In this document: one piece after another, positions 43,141 through 55,940 of the stretch
Numbering within the stretch: position 1 is the first letter of the stretch
How the letters are laid out: every line of letters begins with the position of its first letter
Origin: Parasitella parasitica NRRL 2501
Lineage: Eukaryota > Fungi > Mucoromycota
DNA length: 64,000 bases
Assembly: GCA_025201805.1 (NCBI GenBank)
Contig: MU619243.1
Coordinates: 124,001 to 188,000 of the forward strand
Reading direction: 5' to 3'
Notes under the pieces: model-generated
Told to the model about the DNA's origin: nothing
Seen by the model: only the letters and a program-made list of their open reading frames with translations
Databases searched by the model: none
Position numbers and translations under genes: made by a program

Positions 43141-44806
43141 ATGCCGCCTAAATCTGATTGGGAAAAGTGTAAGTCGTGCTCACTGAATGCTGGAAAATGA
43201 ATGAGTATTTAGTAACATGTTTGGAATTATACAGACGAAAAGAATATCGAGGATAAAGAGGAGGAGAAGATTGTTGGTAATGCCATGGATATAGGCAATC
43301 ATCTAGCTTGCATTTATTAAAGAATTTATTATGTTTACAGCTTTGGATGAAGGAGATATTAAACTTTTGACAACCTATGTAATTATATTCACAATTTATC
43401 GACTATAAGCAAGTAATGTGTCCTAATTTGATAATATAGGGTCAAGGTCCATATACCAAAGAATTAAAATCTTTAGAACAAGACTTGAAGGATATTCAAA
43501 AGCGTGTAAATGAGCATATTGGTAAAGTTTAGATTTGGACTACTCATAAGCCGTGCAACTCACACCAAGTCAACATTTTAGGTGTCAAGGAATCCGATAC
43601 AGGTCTTGCTGCGCCTAATTTATGGGATATTCCTGCTGATAAGCAAAGAATGTCAGAAGAGCAGCCTTTACAAGTTGCTCGTTGTACAAAGATTATTCAA
43701 GGAGAGAACAACGAAGATCCAAAATATGTGATCAATGTCAAGCAAATTGCAAAGTTTGTTGTAGAATTGGTAAGACATGTGTCTCCTACAGATATTGAAG
43801 AAGGCATGCGTGTTGGGTAAGACTACAAGCAGATTGGGCTAGTGGCGGTTGATATTTACTAACAAGCATCATAGTGTTGATCGCACAAAGTATCAAATTC
43901 AAATTCCTTTACCACCCAAGATTGATCCCTCTGTTACCATGATGCAAGTTGAAGAGAAGCCTGATGTCACTTATAGTGATATTGGTGGTTGTAAAGAGCA
44001 GATTGAACGTCTTTGTGAAGTTGTTGAATTACCACTTCTCCAGCCAGAGAGGTTTGTCAATCTTGGTATCGATCCTCCCAAGGGTGTGCTATTATATGGG
44101 CCTCCCGGTACTGGTAAAACTCTGTGTGCTCGTGCAGTCGCCAACAGAACAGATGCTACTTTCATTCGTGTTATTGGTTCTGAACTTGTTCAAAAGTATG
44201 TTGGTGAAGGTGCTCGTATGGTTCGTGAATTGTTTGAAATGGCTCGTACAAAAAAGGCTTGTATTATCTTTTTTGATGAAGTAGACGCTATTGGTGGTGC
44301 TAGATTCGATGATGGCGCTGGTGGTGATAATGAGGTACAACGTACTATGTTAGAGTTGATTAATCAATTGGATGGTTTCGATCCAAGAGGCAATATCAAG
44401 GTTTTGATGGCTACAAACAGACCTGATACTTTAGATCCTGCTCTTCTGAGACCTGGTCGTTTGGATCGTCGTGTTGAATTTGGTTTACCTGATTTGGAAG
44501 GCCGTGCTCATATCATGAGAATTCATGCAAAGAGTATGAGTGTAGAGCGTGATATTCGTTATGAGCTCATTGCAAGATTGTGTCCTAATGCAACTGGCGC
44601 TGAATTGAGAAGTGTGTGTACTGAAGCTGGTATGTTTGCCATCCGTGCGAGAAGAAAGGTTGCTACCGAAAAGGACTTTTTGGAGTCTGTCAACAAAGTC
44701 ATTAAAGGCTATCAAAAGTTCTCCAGTACTCCCAAGGTAAACTTTAAAGCTTCAATATCATCACTATATACTAACTTCGATTCTGTAGTACCTTATGTGG
44801 AATTAA
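43141..44806 (+). CDS. RPT1: 26S proteasome regulatory ATPase Rpt1 (PSMC2), multi-exon
   Basis: [102 protein letters not shown]. Last exon YLMWN*. Confidence 0.97.
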
Positions 44807-45540
44807 ATTGTTGTTTTTTTTTTCTTTATATACATTATATACATTTCAAATAATACGACAAAAAAAAAAATTTGAAAAACATGAAGTCTTGGTCTTGATA
44901 CAAGAATTATGATGGCCTTTGAGCGAAATTTAAAAATTTAATCGAACTATATTACCTTATGATGTTTTAAAGATTTGATGCAATGTGCAATCTCATATAA
45001 TGATTTAAACGGTACAATTGAGAAATTTGAATGGCTTTGGATACATGATTGTCCTTGATGTTTGTTTTGATATTTTTTTTTTTCTTCTAGTCATTGAGTA
45101 CAAGTTTTTATTTTTGCATGATATATGTATATCCTTCACCATGTTTGCATTAGAGTGCATTCACATGTAATGCGCATGTTGACACTGTACATAATTTAAC
45201 ACCAGTAAATCTATAAATGCATATTTACTTGAATCATTTGTTACAACACTTGCAATTTAATAAGACTGATAGAAAAAAATTGATTCGGCAATTAATATAC
45301 CATACCTATAGGTCGAAAGCATCTGAGAAGAGGGCAGATATCTTTCTGTTACAGAAAATCTCAAGTACATGATAGCATGAAGATCGGTCCGAGATGTTGT
45401 AACACAAATGAAATATTATTGATGAGAGATCTAATAGCTGAAGGTAGAATAATCAAGGCAACATTTAAACTGAAAATTTGATACAGTATATTTACTTTAA
45501 ATGGTTGAATGGCTTTTTTTTTTTTTTTTTTTTTTTTTTT

Positions 45541-45550
45541 NNNNNNNNNN
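45541..45550. other. Assembly gap (N10) following a poly-T run
   Basis: Ten n characters. Confidence 0.99.
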
Positions 45551-45835
45551 AGCCCAATATATACGATATAAGTATCTATACTTTATTTGTAATAGCGACA
45601 TAAAAATTGAAAAAAATGATTGTGGTAATTATAGCGTACACTTATCATATACTAAATACAGAAAAATGAATAATTTAGGAAGTCATATGCAAACTGTAGA
45701 GATATTTAAACAAAACTGCATACAGTTTCCGTTTTGAGGGGCTGCGAGAGCATGCAATTATATCTATTTATCTAAGCTGTAGTAATAAATACGCAAGAAA
45801 CCGCGGCATAAAGAAGGTGTGATTGATGAGGAGAT

Positions 45836-46918
45836 TCAGGATACAGTAATTGTACCAGATGGCGGGGGAGGGTTACATCTAAATTGACTGTACCAGACAG
45901 GTTTTTCGCCAACGGTTGAGCAAGCATTAGTGGCATTATTTTGGCATTTTCTTCTTGTGAAAGATTTTAATGAAGGTCTGAACAGCTTCCAGAGCTTGTC
46001 AAGCCAAGAGGTGTTTGAAGCAGCAGTGGCAGCAGCTCCTTTTCGTGGTTGAGCTAATTGAGCCGATTGATTTTCATCCAAGATGGTAGTCCATATTACA
46101 GAAGATGAAGGAGAGTGATAGGTTGTGTTGCAGCTGCTCTTCTCTAGGATAGTGCTACTATTTGATCTGAAACGATGCAGCTTCCTTTTGAATTGTATTG
46201 CAAATCTACTATTACTGCTTCGGCGCTTCTTTTGTGACACCTCGGTATCCTGGTGCAATGTCGAAGGCGATGCTAGTGAAACACTGCTTGCTGTCTGTTT
46301 TTGACTTATGAAAGAGCTTGTTATACTATTATTATCATGACTATGCACATAAGAGTGAGTTTTGTGTTGCCCGCGAGGAGGGGGAGTGAATAATTGACGA
46401 TGATAAGCACGATTTGAAAACGTGAGGCTGGATTGGTTTGACAATCTTTGACGCGACCCTACTGTATGTACAGATAAGCTAATCAAGGAAGATGAGGCAT
46501 CTGTGGTGGAGCACCCTCCAGGATAATCATGTTCTGCTGTAGGTAGGAACTGCGAATCGTTGTGATATGGAAACGGTAATAGGCGGGGTGATTCTAAAAC
46601 CCTGTCTTGTTGTTGTTGTCGATGACGAGGAGCTTTCCTTTGTGAAGATAAGTTTGATTCGTGATAACCAGACATTTGAGACAGTTCATTCCAATAACGG
46701 GCCAAGGGCATGTTTGAAGGCTCAGCTATACCAACTTTTGACAGGTTTTCTAATGTCAATGGATATACCTTATGATCTACGCTGCTACAACTTGTGCCAT
46801 TATCATTTCCCTTTTTGCCACGATGGTGTGAATAGTAAGATGATGAATTATGTAACAGATATATATCATGGCTGACATTATCACCCAAATGCTTTTCAAA
46901 AGATTTGATTCTGTTCAT
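45836..46918 (-). CDS. Ser-rich, largely disordered hypothetical protein (~360 aa)
   Basis: Intronless ORF from ATG 46918. Short ordered-looking islands YPLTLENL, WLDKLWKLF and PVWYSQFRCNPPPP. Confidence 0.65.
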   Translation of the reverse strand: MNRIKSFEKHLGDNVSHDIYLLHNSSSYYSHHRGKKGNDNGTSCSSVDHKVYPLTLENLSKVGIAEPSNMPLARYWNELSQMSGYHESNLSSQRKAPRHRQQQQDRVLESPRLLPFPYHNDSQFLPTAEHDYPGGCSTTDASSSLISLSVHTVGSRQRLSNQSSLTFSNRAYHRQLFTPPPRGQHKTHSYVHSHDNNSITSSFISQKQTASSVSLASPSTLHQDTEVSQKKRRSSNSRFAIQFKRKLHRFRSNSSTILEKSSCNTTYHSPSSSVIWTTILDENQSAQLAQPRKGAAATAASNTSWLDKLWKLFRPSLKSFTRRKCQNNATNACSTVGEKPVWYSQFRCNPPPPSGTITVS

Positions 46919-47739
46919 TGACGGGATGGGGTGCGAAAATATCAATAAAGCAAAGAAGAAAGTGCTCTTCTTTTAGACGGATATCATTGAGCGACTCTTT
47001 TATACAATTTTATGTGTGGCGCTAAAACGAGAAGTGATAATCTCATATCAAATTGTAACCATCAAATACTTAGAACGAGAGGTGTGCATCTAACTCTATA
47101 ACGGGGCCTGTGTGCATAAATGAATTTCTGGGTCCTTCAGAGCACTTTTATAGATATTGTACCACTCTTCTGTTACTCATCGTTGCTCTTAGTAACCTTT
47201 ATCTGTCGAATGATCGGTTCTTACATGTTCGAGACACTGTATAATCCGAAGAGCTTCCGAAAGATGAAACTTGGATGTTATCTTACTTTTTCTAGGGTAA
47301 AGAAAAAACCACGACTTATCATCCATTTGCATATGATTTAAATGGAGTCTGGATCGCAAGGAGCATAAATCAATTCTGCATCAATCTGATGCACGTGGGA
47401 TGGGGGCAAGTTTTTCAAGATGTGCTGTGATGTACTAAATACTCAGGGTTCCACCAACAAAAATTAAGGCTGAAAATTTTACTGTATAATTTCTCCGTCT
47501 TCTTTATATAGCCAAAGATTGTATATAAATATTACTTGCCCATCGTAATCCATTTATTCGTGATACAGTTCACTGATCTGCCCTCAACTCGTAGACCAGA
47601 TTCGCCTTTATCTTATTCCCGTGGTGGCCTGTGCTCAATCAGCTTCGATACTGCGTTATACCATTATACAAAATACTTGTTTTATATTATCTACAGTGAG
47701 AACGGTAAATTTTCTCACTTTGAGAAAATTAAAACGATT

Positions 47740-49000
47740 AGAATAAAGTTTTATTATGCATTCTTTCAAAGGTGTTTGAGTGATTGCTTGGTCTGTTTGC
47801 TCGGGTGTCTACAGAAGGAAATATCTCTTTGAAGCCTTCCATAGTCTGCAGATCGTAGCGATGATCAGCCAAAATATCATTGAGATCAAGCAGGCAATGG
47901 CCATACATTTCATCAGATATAGCAAATAGAGGATTGTTGGCATTGGCAGGGTTTTTCTGGTATCTGTATAGATAGTCTCCTGCCATATGTTCTCTATGAT
48001 CTACCCACAGCAGATAAGGATCGGAATAAACTACTGAAAGCAATCAGAATGCAAAACATTATGCGAAGAGAACTTGGCGTTTGGAATAATGCAGCCTCAG
48101 TCATTGCAGCAGACCATTCAGTGTCATCAGCTAATAAGCCCCTCGCACGTGCAGCTGCTTGATATGAGCTATGTAGATGTCCTTCAAAAGTTCTAAAGAA
48201 CATGAAGGATGTAGCGCCAGGGACATGTAACAACAGTAACCTCAGGTGATAATAGTTGATATTTCTCTGGGATACGGTATACATTCTTCCAACTGTTCCG
48301 CTAAAACCTTCCTTTCTTGGAGCCCAATACCTGGGATGTCCTTCTAGATGAAAAGTATATCTTTCACTAAAGTTGACATATAGTGTTTCCTTTGCAATTT
48401 CGTCATCAGGATTATGGGCGATATACTTGAACCATGCAGTTAAAGTGCTCTCTGACATTGTACGTTCCAATACCTTAACGGGTTTTTCATTTTCATCGAA
48501 TTACACCAAGTGATCTCCTGCTAAATGCACATCGAACCTAAGGTACGAAGGAAATTCCTATGCGTTGCAAAAGATAACAATTGCCAGCATGCTTAAGTAG
48601 CAGAAACAATGTTATTGATATCCTCGAGGGTCCTTGGTTTGTCATCATTACCTGAGAATAAAAACATATGGCGATGAGGCAGCCCTCTTCTTTGAAATTC
48701 TATTGTATAACAATAGGGCACAACTTTGCCTAAGATTGATCTCTTCACAATGTCATCGAGCAAAGCCTCTAGCTTCTGGCTAAACAATCGGTACAAAGAT
48801 GAGGCCTGTCTGATGGTCTTTGGTTAGCTAACAGCTTGGTGACAATCTCGGGTCAGGCAGGATTACAAGTAAAAGTTATGAATAAGCCAGGCTTGAAAAA
48901 CCGACGAACCAAGTTCATTGCATCCTGATATAGTTGTGCCATAAAGCGATGCCCTCCTACAAACGATGAAGGCAAGATTACCTTCCTTCCTATAGATGAT
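47740..49000 (-). mobile_element. Helitron Rep/helicase pseudogene fragment
   Basis: MAQLYQDAMNLVRRFFKPGLFITFTCNPA*PEI (Rep motif, W replaced by TGA at 48853-48855), YTIEFQRRGLPHRH, GRMYTVS..YYHLRLLLLHVPGATSF..AARARGLLADDTEW. Frameshifted; helicase domain absent. Confidence 0.88.
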
Positions 49001-49271
49001 ATTCCTTTCTTTTTGGGTATGTATAATGAGTCTTAGAATGGTGTGATAACTCCAAGAATCCTCTTTTTGGCCACTAAATGTAGTTGATTGAATAGATAGC
49101 ACATCAATTGCTTACTACCTTCGTGTTCTAGTTTACCATTCTCTTGTTCATTGTTCATTATTCATTGTTCATCAGCAGCTTCTTGCTCCTCGCCATCCTC
49201 ATTTTGTTCCTCACCGTCCTCTTCTTGTTCATCGTCGCCCTCTTCGTTCTTTATATTTTTTGAGACTGAAT

Positions 49272-50135
49272 TTAAGCTAACTTAGCGTATTTACCATAAG
49301 TAGTGATGGAATTTACTTCATATTCTGTGTTTACATCTCTAAGAGCTTTAATTTTTTTATTGAATAGCTTGAAACTTGGCGAAGATCTGGTAAGAAACTT
49401 TTTCAGCTTCGCAGTGGTGCGGCGCGTGGATGTCAGGTTATTGTAAATGCTAATCCAATATTTCATTAAATGCAATGCTCATATGGCTCCAACATCAATC
49501 AATGCAATACTCTTTTCTTTCTTCGCAACAAATTAATTGAATGTTGCTTTCGAAGTTGTCTCTAAATACCTTTCAACGATCTGTCGTTTTTGTAGAGTCT
49601 CTTTTTGTTGATCTCTCTAATGTTAAAGCCTCTTATGTTGGAAGCAACAAAAAACTTCATTCCCGGGCTGGTATTATTAAATTCGATAGCGTCAAGACTC
49701 CACCTCACACCTTTTTTGCAGCTTCTTTTGATCGTCGGATTAGCACATCAGGGATTCCATTGCGGTACCACACCAATCCCTCATCTGCTCTCTATTAGCA
49801 CACCGAGTCTTTGGTTTGTTTGGAGAAGTTAAGTATGCAGCGGTATTGAAATTTACAAACTTTTTATTTTATTCAGCATACAGCTCTGCAAAAACAAAAA
49901 AACGATTGATTATGCATTTTAACAATAATCTTTTCATGTTACCTTCTTCATGGGTGGTGAGTTGTGAGTTGCGGCATCTGGCAAGTCTGGAGTTTTCGAA
50001 GCTTCTGGTGATTGATGCCTTGTTGATACTTGAAGTAATTGATCCGTTGTTGTAGCTTCGGGTGACCGGTGACTTGTTGGGTCTGATGTACTGGATTTCG
50101 CATTCAAAAAGAGGAAAATCAATAGTTTTAAACAT
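49272..50135 (-). pseudogene. Decayed ORF of unknown, probably TE-associated origin
   Basis: Several short colinear minus-strand ORFs broken by stops, lying between Helitron and Tc1 relics. Confidence 0.3.
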
Positions 50136-50199
50136 TTAAAGGTTGAGTTTCATCCTCATAGAAAGCAAAACCTGTAGAAGAAAAATAAAACAGAAGTGA

Positions 50200-50770
50200 T
50201 TTTAAGGGGAATTTTCAGCAAAGTGGCATTTTATACAAAACAAATTGCATCTTTATCGACGAGGCGGGCTTCAATGCCAACTTGATTCGAGGAAAAAAGA
50301 TGGCCAAAGAAAGAATAAGATGCTGTTGTAAGGACCCAGACAAAAAAAGCAATCAATTTTTCTGTGTTGGCTGGAATTTCTTACAGTGGTATCGAAGATA
50401 TATTGGTGAAGCAAGTACTTGGATGCATTACCGCCGACATCTTTGTTGATTTTATCAAACAAATCATTGCAAGCATTGACAGAGACAATACTCCTCCGGG
50501 GTATTTCATTATGGATAACGCTAGAATTCACACAGCTTCAAAAGTAAGGAAGAACTGGCCACCATGTCCATTTTTTGCTCGGCTGTAGTCCATCCCTTAA
50601 TCCAATTGAGGAGTGCTTTTCTAAGCCAAAAGGACTCGTTAAAAGAAAGCCTGGACTCACAACAGCAGAGCTCGTAAAATACATTGGAGAGTGCGGTCTG
50701 GAAATAGCCCAAGAAAACTGCCATGGTTCGGTTGAACATAATTTAAGTTTTTTGAGTAGACAATCCCTTG
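50200..50770 (+). pseudogene. Tc1/IS630-type DDE transposase remnant
   Basis: NCIFIDEAGFN, YFIMDNARIH and SPSLNPIEECFSK occur in frameshifted frames. Confidence 0.85.
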
Positions 50771-50799
50771 TCAGCAAGGTTGGGAAAATTCTTGAAAAC

Positions 50800-51132
50800 C
50801 TCATCTCTGATAATGCCTAACGTAAACTGAGAGTCATCGTCCACCAGGCGGGTGATGTACTTGGTGTACTCTTCGGTGAGTTTTACGAGCGATTGAACTC
50901 TTCCTCCTCAGCACTTGCTTTGTACAATTCTTCTTTCCATATAGCGATTGACGACATGAATAACTGTGGACCAAGGCTAATTAATAACTTTTGCGATTTT
51001 AGCAATGGACAAATCTTCATCAAGATGCTTTTCAATGACAAGCTTCTTTACATGGTCACTAATGCGAATGTTTCTTCTTGTTCTTTGTTTTTTTGAGGAA
51101 GAAGTAGCAGAGTGATCATTATTAGAAGACAT
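50800..51132 (-). pseudogene. Tc1-like transposase N-terminal HTH remnant
   Basis: MSSNND...ISDHVKKLVIEKHLDEDLSIAKIAKVIN*PWSTV, an HTH with an internal stop. Confidence 0.55.
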
Positions 51133-51899
51133 TTGAATAACGGTAGTACCGTATACTGTATCGGGTTGCAAGTTCTTTTTTATTTTTATTTTTATTTTTA
51201 TTTAGACTGATGCTTGATAAAAAAGCTGTTACGGCAATTGATTTCAGAAATAAAACGAATAAAGAACAAATGTAGGCTACCACTTGGGCAAAAAAACTTT
51301 TTTTTTTCATATTAATCAAATTAGCTTAGTTCTACATCACTATCGTTATTTTTGGTTTAGACTTTATTCTTCTTTCATGGTTGACTCTCGCCAAAAACTA
51401 ATGATATTTATCTTTTTGAATGCGAAATCCGATGTTTGGCGAAGTTTCATCAGAATTTAATAATAATAATAAAACTTTAATGAATTGGTCTTTCGTCGTC
51501 AGAAGAGTCTGACAACAAGTACTAAGCAGACCTTGAGACGTCATTACATGGCTCGGTGGCCAAAGAAAAGGAAAAGTGGGCAGAGGTGCAGGAATTAGCA
51601 ACTGAGCACCGGTGCCAGAATTAACAACTGGGCACCAGAACCCATTTTTCCTTTTCTTTAAGATTTAAACAATCTATTGTTTGTTTTTGTCTTAACCAGG
51701 CTTCTTTTTGTCTAGATCCGGACCTTCTATTATTCAAGCTACATCCAAAACATCTACCTGGTACTGACTAGATGTCTAAGTTGATATTACGCGACCAAGA
51801 GATTATTAATGTTGTAGTAACAACACTAATTGGTAAGTCATCCTTCGTCCTTCTGCCGAGAGCGAAATGAAATATATATATATTTATTTGTGTTTCATG

Positions 51900-52036
51900 T
51901 AGGGACTGAGGCACTCAACCCACAGGCTGGCCAGAATGGCATTAAATCAGATGTTATTTATGCACCATCAATAGTATCTGCTAGCTTCCCACCTATGCTC
52001 GTAGAAATTCATCATACTGTGACCAAACTTTCATAG
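51900..52036 (+). pseudogene. Fragment of a PD-(D/E)xK-like repetitive ORF family
   Basis: KSDVIYAP...PPMLVEIHHTV resembles the D...E motif of a repetitive Mucorales ORF family (recalled). Truncated. Confidence 0.3.
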
Positions 52037-53734
52037 TTTTCGCTGATGATATGAAGAATAAAGATACGGTGACAATCAAGGGCCGCGTTTCTGGTGTCGC
52101 TGAGGTTCTTCAAAAAGGGCTTTAACTGAGGTCGAGAACCTTTGGATCTGTGATAGTAGACATTCACGAATTCAGAATCTCCAAGGTTAGATTATTGCTG
52201 TATGCAAACATTGAAAAGGTTTCTATTCCCAACATTTTAAACTGCATATATTAAAGGTGTGTAACAGCTGCATAAAAAAAGAGCTAAAGCAAATACAACT
52301 GTCCAAATAGAAACATCTCCCAGGTATATTAGATTGTAAACTCTGCCATATACTCTGGGATCTAGATATAAATACCCGCAAAAACATGCTAGATATTTCG
52401 CTTTCTGTTTAGGAGGGAAAAAGAAGATCTTTTGTCTTCAAAAGAGAAATCACTGTAAAGAACACGGTTTATTCTAAAGGACAATTTAGATATTTATAGG
52501 TAGATGAATATGCCGGCGTCTTTTTAGTAAGGATTCATGGAGTAAGTTGGAGTTTCTTGACTTGAAAAAAGATAGCCTCACACTCTGAATGGTGCTCTTA
52601 CACGTGTATACGGTTGCTCATGCATATTTCTGCAAAATGAAAGAATTGTGTTGAATTGTACCGCTCATACCAGTAAATGATTTAGTGCACCGCCAAAATA
52701 GGCATGTGATGGATCCTATTGCAAGAATAATACCAATGCAAAGAAGCGCAATCGCATGTATCGATTAAAGAAACCCCGCGATTTGTATCTTGATATACTG
52801 GATACAATTGGAATGCCAATACTAAGGGCAGCTACAGCAATGAACACGATAAATCGAATATCTTGAAACTGTTGGGCATCATAATAAACTTTCTGCGTTA
52901 CTTTTTTTTTTCTCTTCAATTTAAAGGGATATCTACATTTGGAATTTGTAATGAAAAATAAATTGATTTGACCCCAGCATCCTATTGTTCCAAAAATACG
53001 AGTGTGCAATTTATGCAATATTGTAAAATGCAGTATTCCAGGGGTAACATGCCCACTGTTTGTACAATATGCAGTGTATGTATGGCTTTTTAGTGAGTAA
53101 TATAACTGGGTTTAGTCCTTATCATGTTATGTAAGATGAAATTAGCGTGGTATTTTTTTCATCGCAAACGTATTGCATGGCTGCACTTATAAATTATATA
53201 GAAACAGGTCCACGCGACTTCTGCGTAGATTCTACCCTTAGACAAGAAAAACGTTAATAAATATTCTTTGCAAACCTTAATTAACTGTGAATATTGAAAG
53301 GCTTCGGTCTCAGCCGAACTTTCTCACAATGGGATAAAAATGTCCTTTAAAGGGGAATAATACTCATTTTGGTATAAACATATAATTACGAATGATGTAG
53401 TATCATAGAAGAATTTAATAGATGCTATGGCATGTCTTTGAAAAGGTAAATTTTGAGTTTCTGATAGTTCAAACCTTTCGGGATCCTGACATGTATATTT
53501 GAAACGTTTCAAAAATATCATAAGCTCCATAAAATGTGGGAAGAACGGGAAATTTTTGAAAAAGCCAAGATTCGCCTGAAAACGGACTTGATGGACTTTC
53601 CAAATCAAATCAAATCAAGCGAATTAATATATACTTGGAGCAGTAACTAAACAAATAAAGGGGTAAGACGTATAAATAGCTACTGCACTTGGAGCGAGCC
53701 CTTTTATTTCCTGTGAATTCTACAATACTCAGCC

Positions 53735-55811
53735 ATGACAGATCTAGCAAACAGTCAGCAGACTCCTGCTTCAACCAAGAGCGAATCCATTGCCGAAATA
53801 GCTCCTGCGGATGTTACGGTTAAAGAAGAGATCACTATTGATCAGTTGGAGAACCTGTCATATAAAGAAGATAGCAAATTAAATCATGTTTTGTTGAGGT
53901 ATGCTTGATTCTTGTGCATTCTACATTGACATTTAAACTTTTTCCCTTTTTGCAGAAAATTGGACAGGAGATTGCTGCCAGTGCTGTGTGTTCTGTATCT
54001 CCTCAGTTACATCGACAGGTAACAACCACGATTGCTGTATGTTTTGTAAGCGCACTTTACCTAAACTGATTATCTCTACAGATCAAACATTGGTAATGCA
54101 AAATTAGGTGGCCTTGAAATCGACTTGCACATGTCCACTTCACAGTATCAATGGTCCTTGTCCATCTTTTATATTTCTTATGTTTTCTTTGAACTTCCCT
54201 CCAATATCATTATGAGACGCTGGCGCCCATCGCATTGGCTTGGTATCTTGATGTTGTATGTATCTTTTAGTGCCTGCTAACCAGAGTAATCTAACTTTTT
54301 ATTATAGCCTCTGGGGAGTTGTCGCAACTGCCATGGCAGCGAGCAGCAGCTTTGCTAGTCTTGCTGTGTGCCGATTTCTGCTGGGCGTCTTTGAAGCTGG
54401 TAAATTATGAATTAAGCAAATGGCTGCTAATAATCTATACTAACTCTTGATTGCTTTAACTGGTCATAGGCTTTTTTCCTGGTGTCATCTATTTTATGTC
54501 TTTGTGGTATACAAGAAAAGAATACGGTCGTCGTATCGGTTTCTTCTGGTCATTTGGTAGCTTGGCAGGTGCCTTTGGCGGTTTGATTGCTTTTGGTATT
54601 AGCCAAATCAAAAACGATAAATTAGCTACATGGCAATGGTACATTGAAAAGAAGCAAAATACGGACTTCAATTTTACTAACAGGGCTTCGTAGGCTCTTT
54701 ATCATTGAAGGCATACCATCTGTCATTTTGGCTGGCTTCTCTGCTTGGTATTTACCAAATAAACCAGAAACAGCTAAATTCCTCACAGAAGAAGAGCGAG
54801 AGCACGTTGTAAACAGATTAGCATTAGGTATTTTTAATACACATTTTGATTGTATAGGGTATATGTATTCAACAAGTTACTAACAACCTCATGTATGCAT
54901 ACAGATGCTGGTGCATCCAATGATCATTCATGGTCGTGGGCTCAGGCTGCTTCCGTATTCACAGACTGGAAAACCTACTTTTACATGCTTATTTATGTTA
55001 CAGGCACTAGTGCGTTACAAGGTGTCACTCTCTTTTTGCCTTCTATTGTAGCTGATATGGGAACTTGGTCTAAACCTGTGGCCCAAGCATTGACTGTACC
55101 TCCATACTTGTTGGCATTCTTTGCCACACTTGGCATCAGTTGGAGTTCAGGTACGTCTATATATAAACACAAAGATCAAGTTAATACTACCAATCTCTAA
55201 TATACTACACTAACAGACAAGTACTTTGAGAGAGCCTATCATCTGGTTGGGTTGAACATGATTGCGTTGTTGGGTTTCTTGCTGTTGATGTTTCTGCCTA
55301 GTGAAAATATAGCTGGAAACTACATTGGCGCTTGTTTAGTCACCATTGCAGTTTATGCAAATGTTGCAGTCAAGGTGGCATGGTTCAATAACAACTAGTA
55401 AGTTTCGATTGCACTTCTATCACAGAATATATTTATGAAACATCAATTGTAGTGGTGGTCTTACACGTCGTGCTGTTGCTTCAGCTGCTATTGTTAGTGT
55501 TGGAAACATTGGTGGTGCCATCGGTGGACAAATTTATTATGGTAATTTATGATATCTGTGAACATCTCGTGTATTGAAAGTTTTATATTAACTTTATGGT
55601 AGACCCTCCCCATTACTTTGCTGGGAATGCAATTGCATTCAGTTGCATGGGTGCCCAAACTGTTCTCGTTATTATTCTTCGTATACTACTTGCCCGTGAA
55701 AACAAGAGAAGAACTAAACTTTCACAAGAGCAAAGAGAGCTTGAAATTCATAAATACGGCGGCATGGATCTTGTAGGAGATCGTCATTACAGTTTCAAAT
55801 ATGTCTTGTAA
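53735..55811 (+). CDS. MFS transporter, anion:cation symporter family (Dal5/Tna1-like); multi-exon
   Basis: RKLDRRLLP, SYIDRSNIGNAKLGGL, LSIFYISYVFFELPSN, RFLLGVFEAGFFPG, WYTRKEYGRR, WLFIIEGIPS, LTVPPY, ENKRR. Confidence 0.92.
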
Positions 55812-55940
55812 TATATAGCCACATTATTTTGTTTATTATAAAATTGTACAATAATAATATACATTATTCACCCTTTTAAAATATTTATTGTTATAAAAAC
55901 CAAAGTATAATACACACAAAAATCAAGGCATCTTTTTTTT

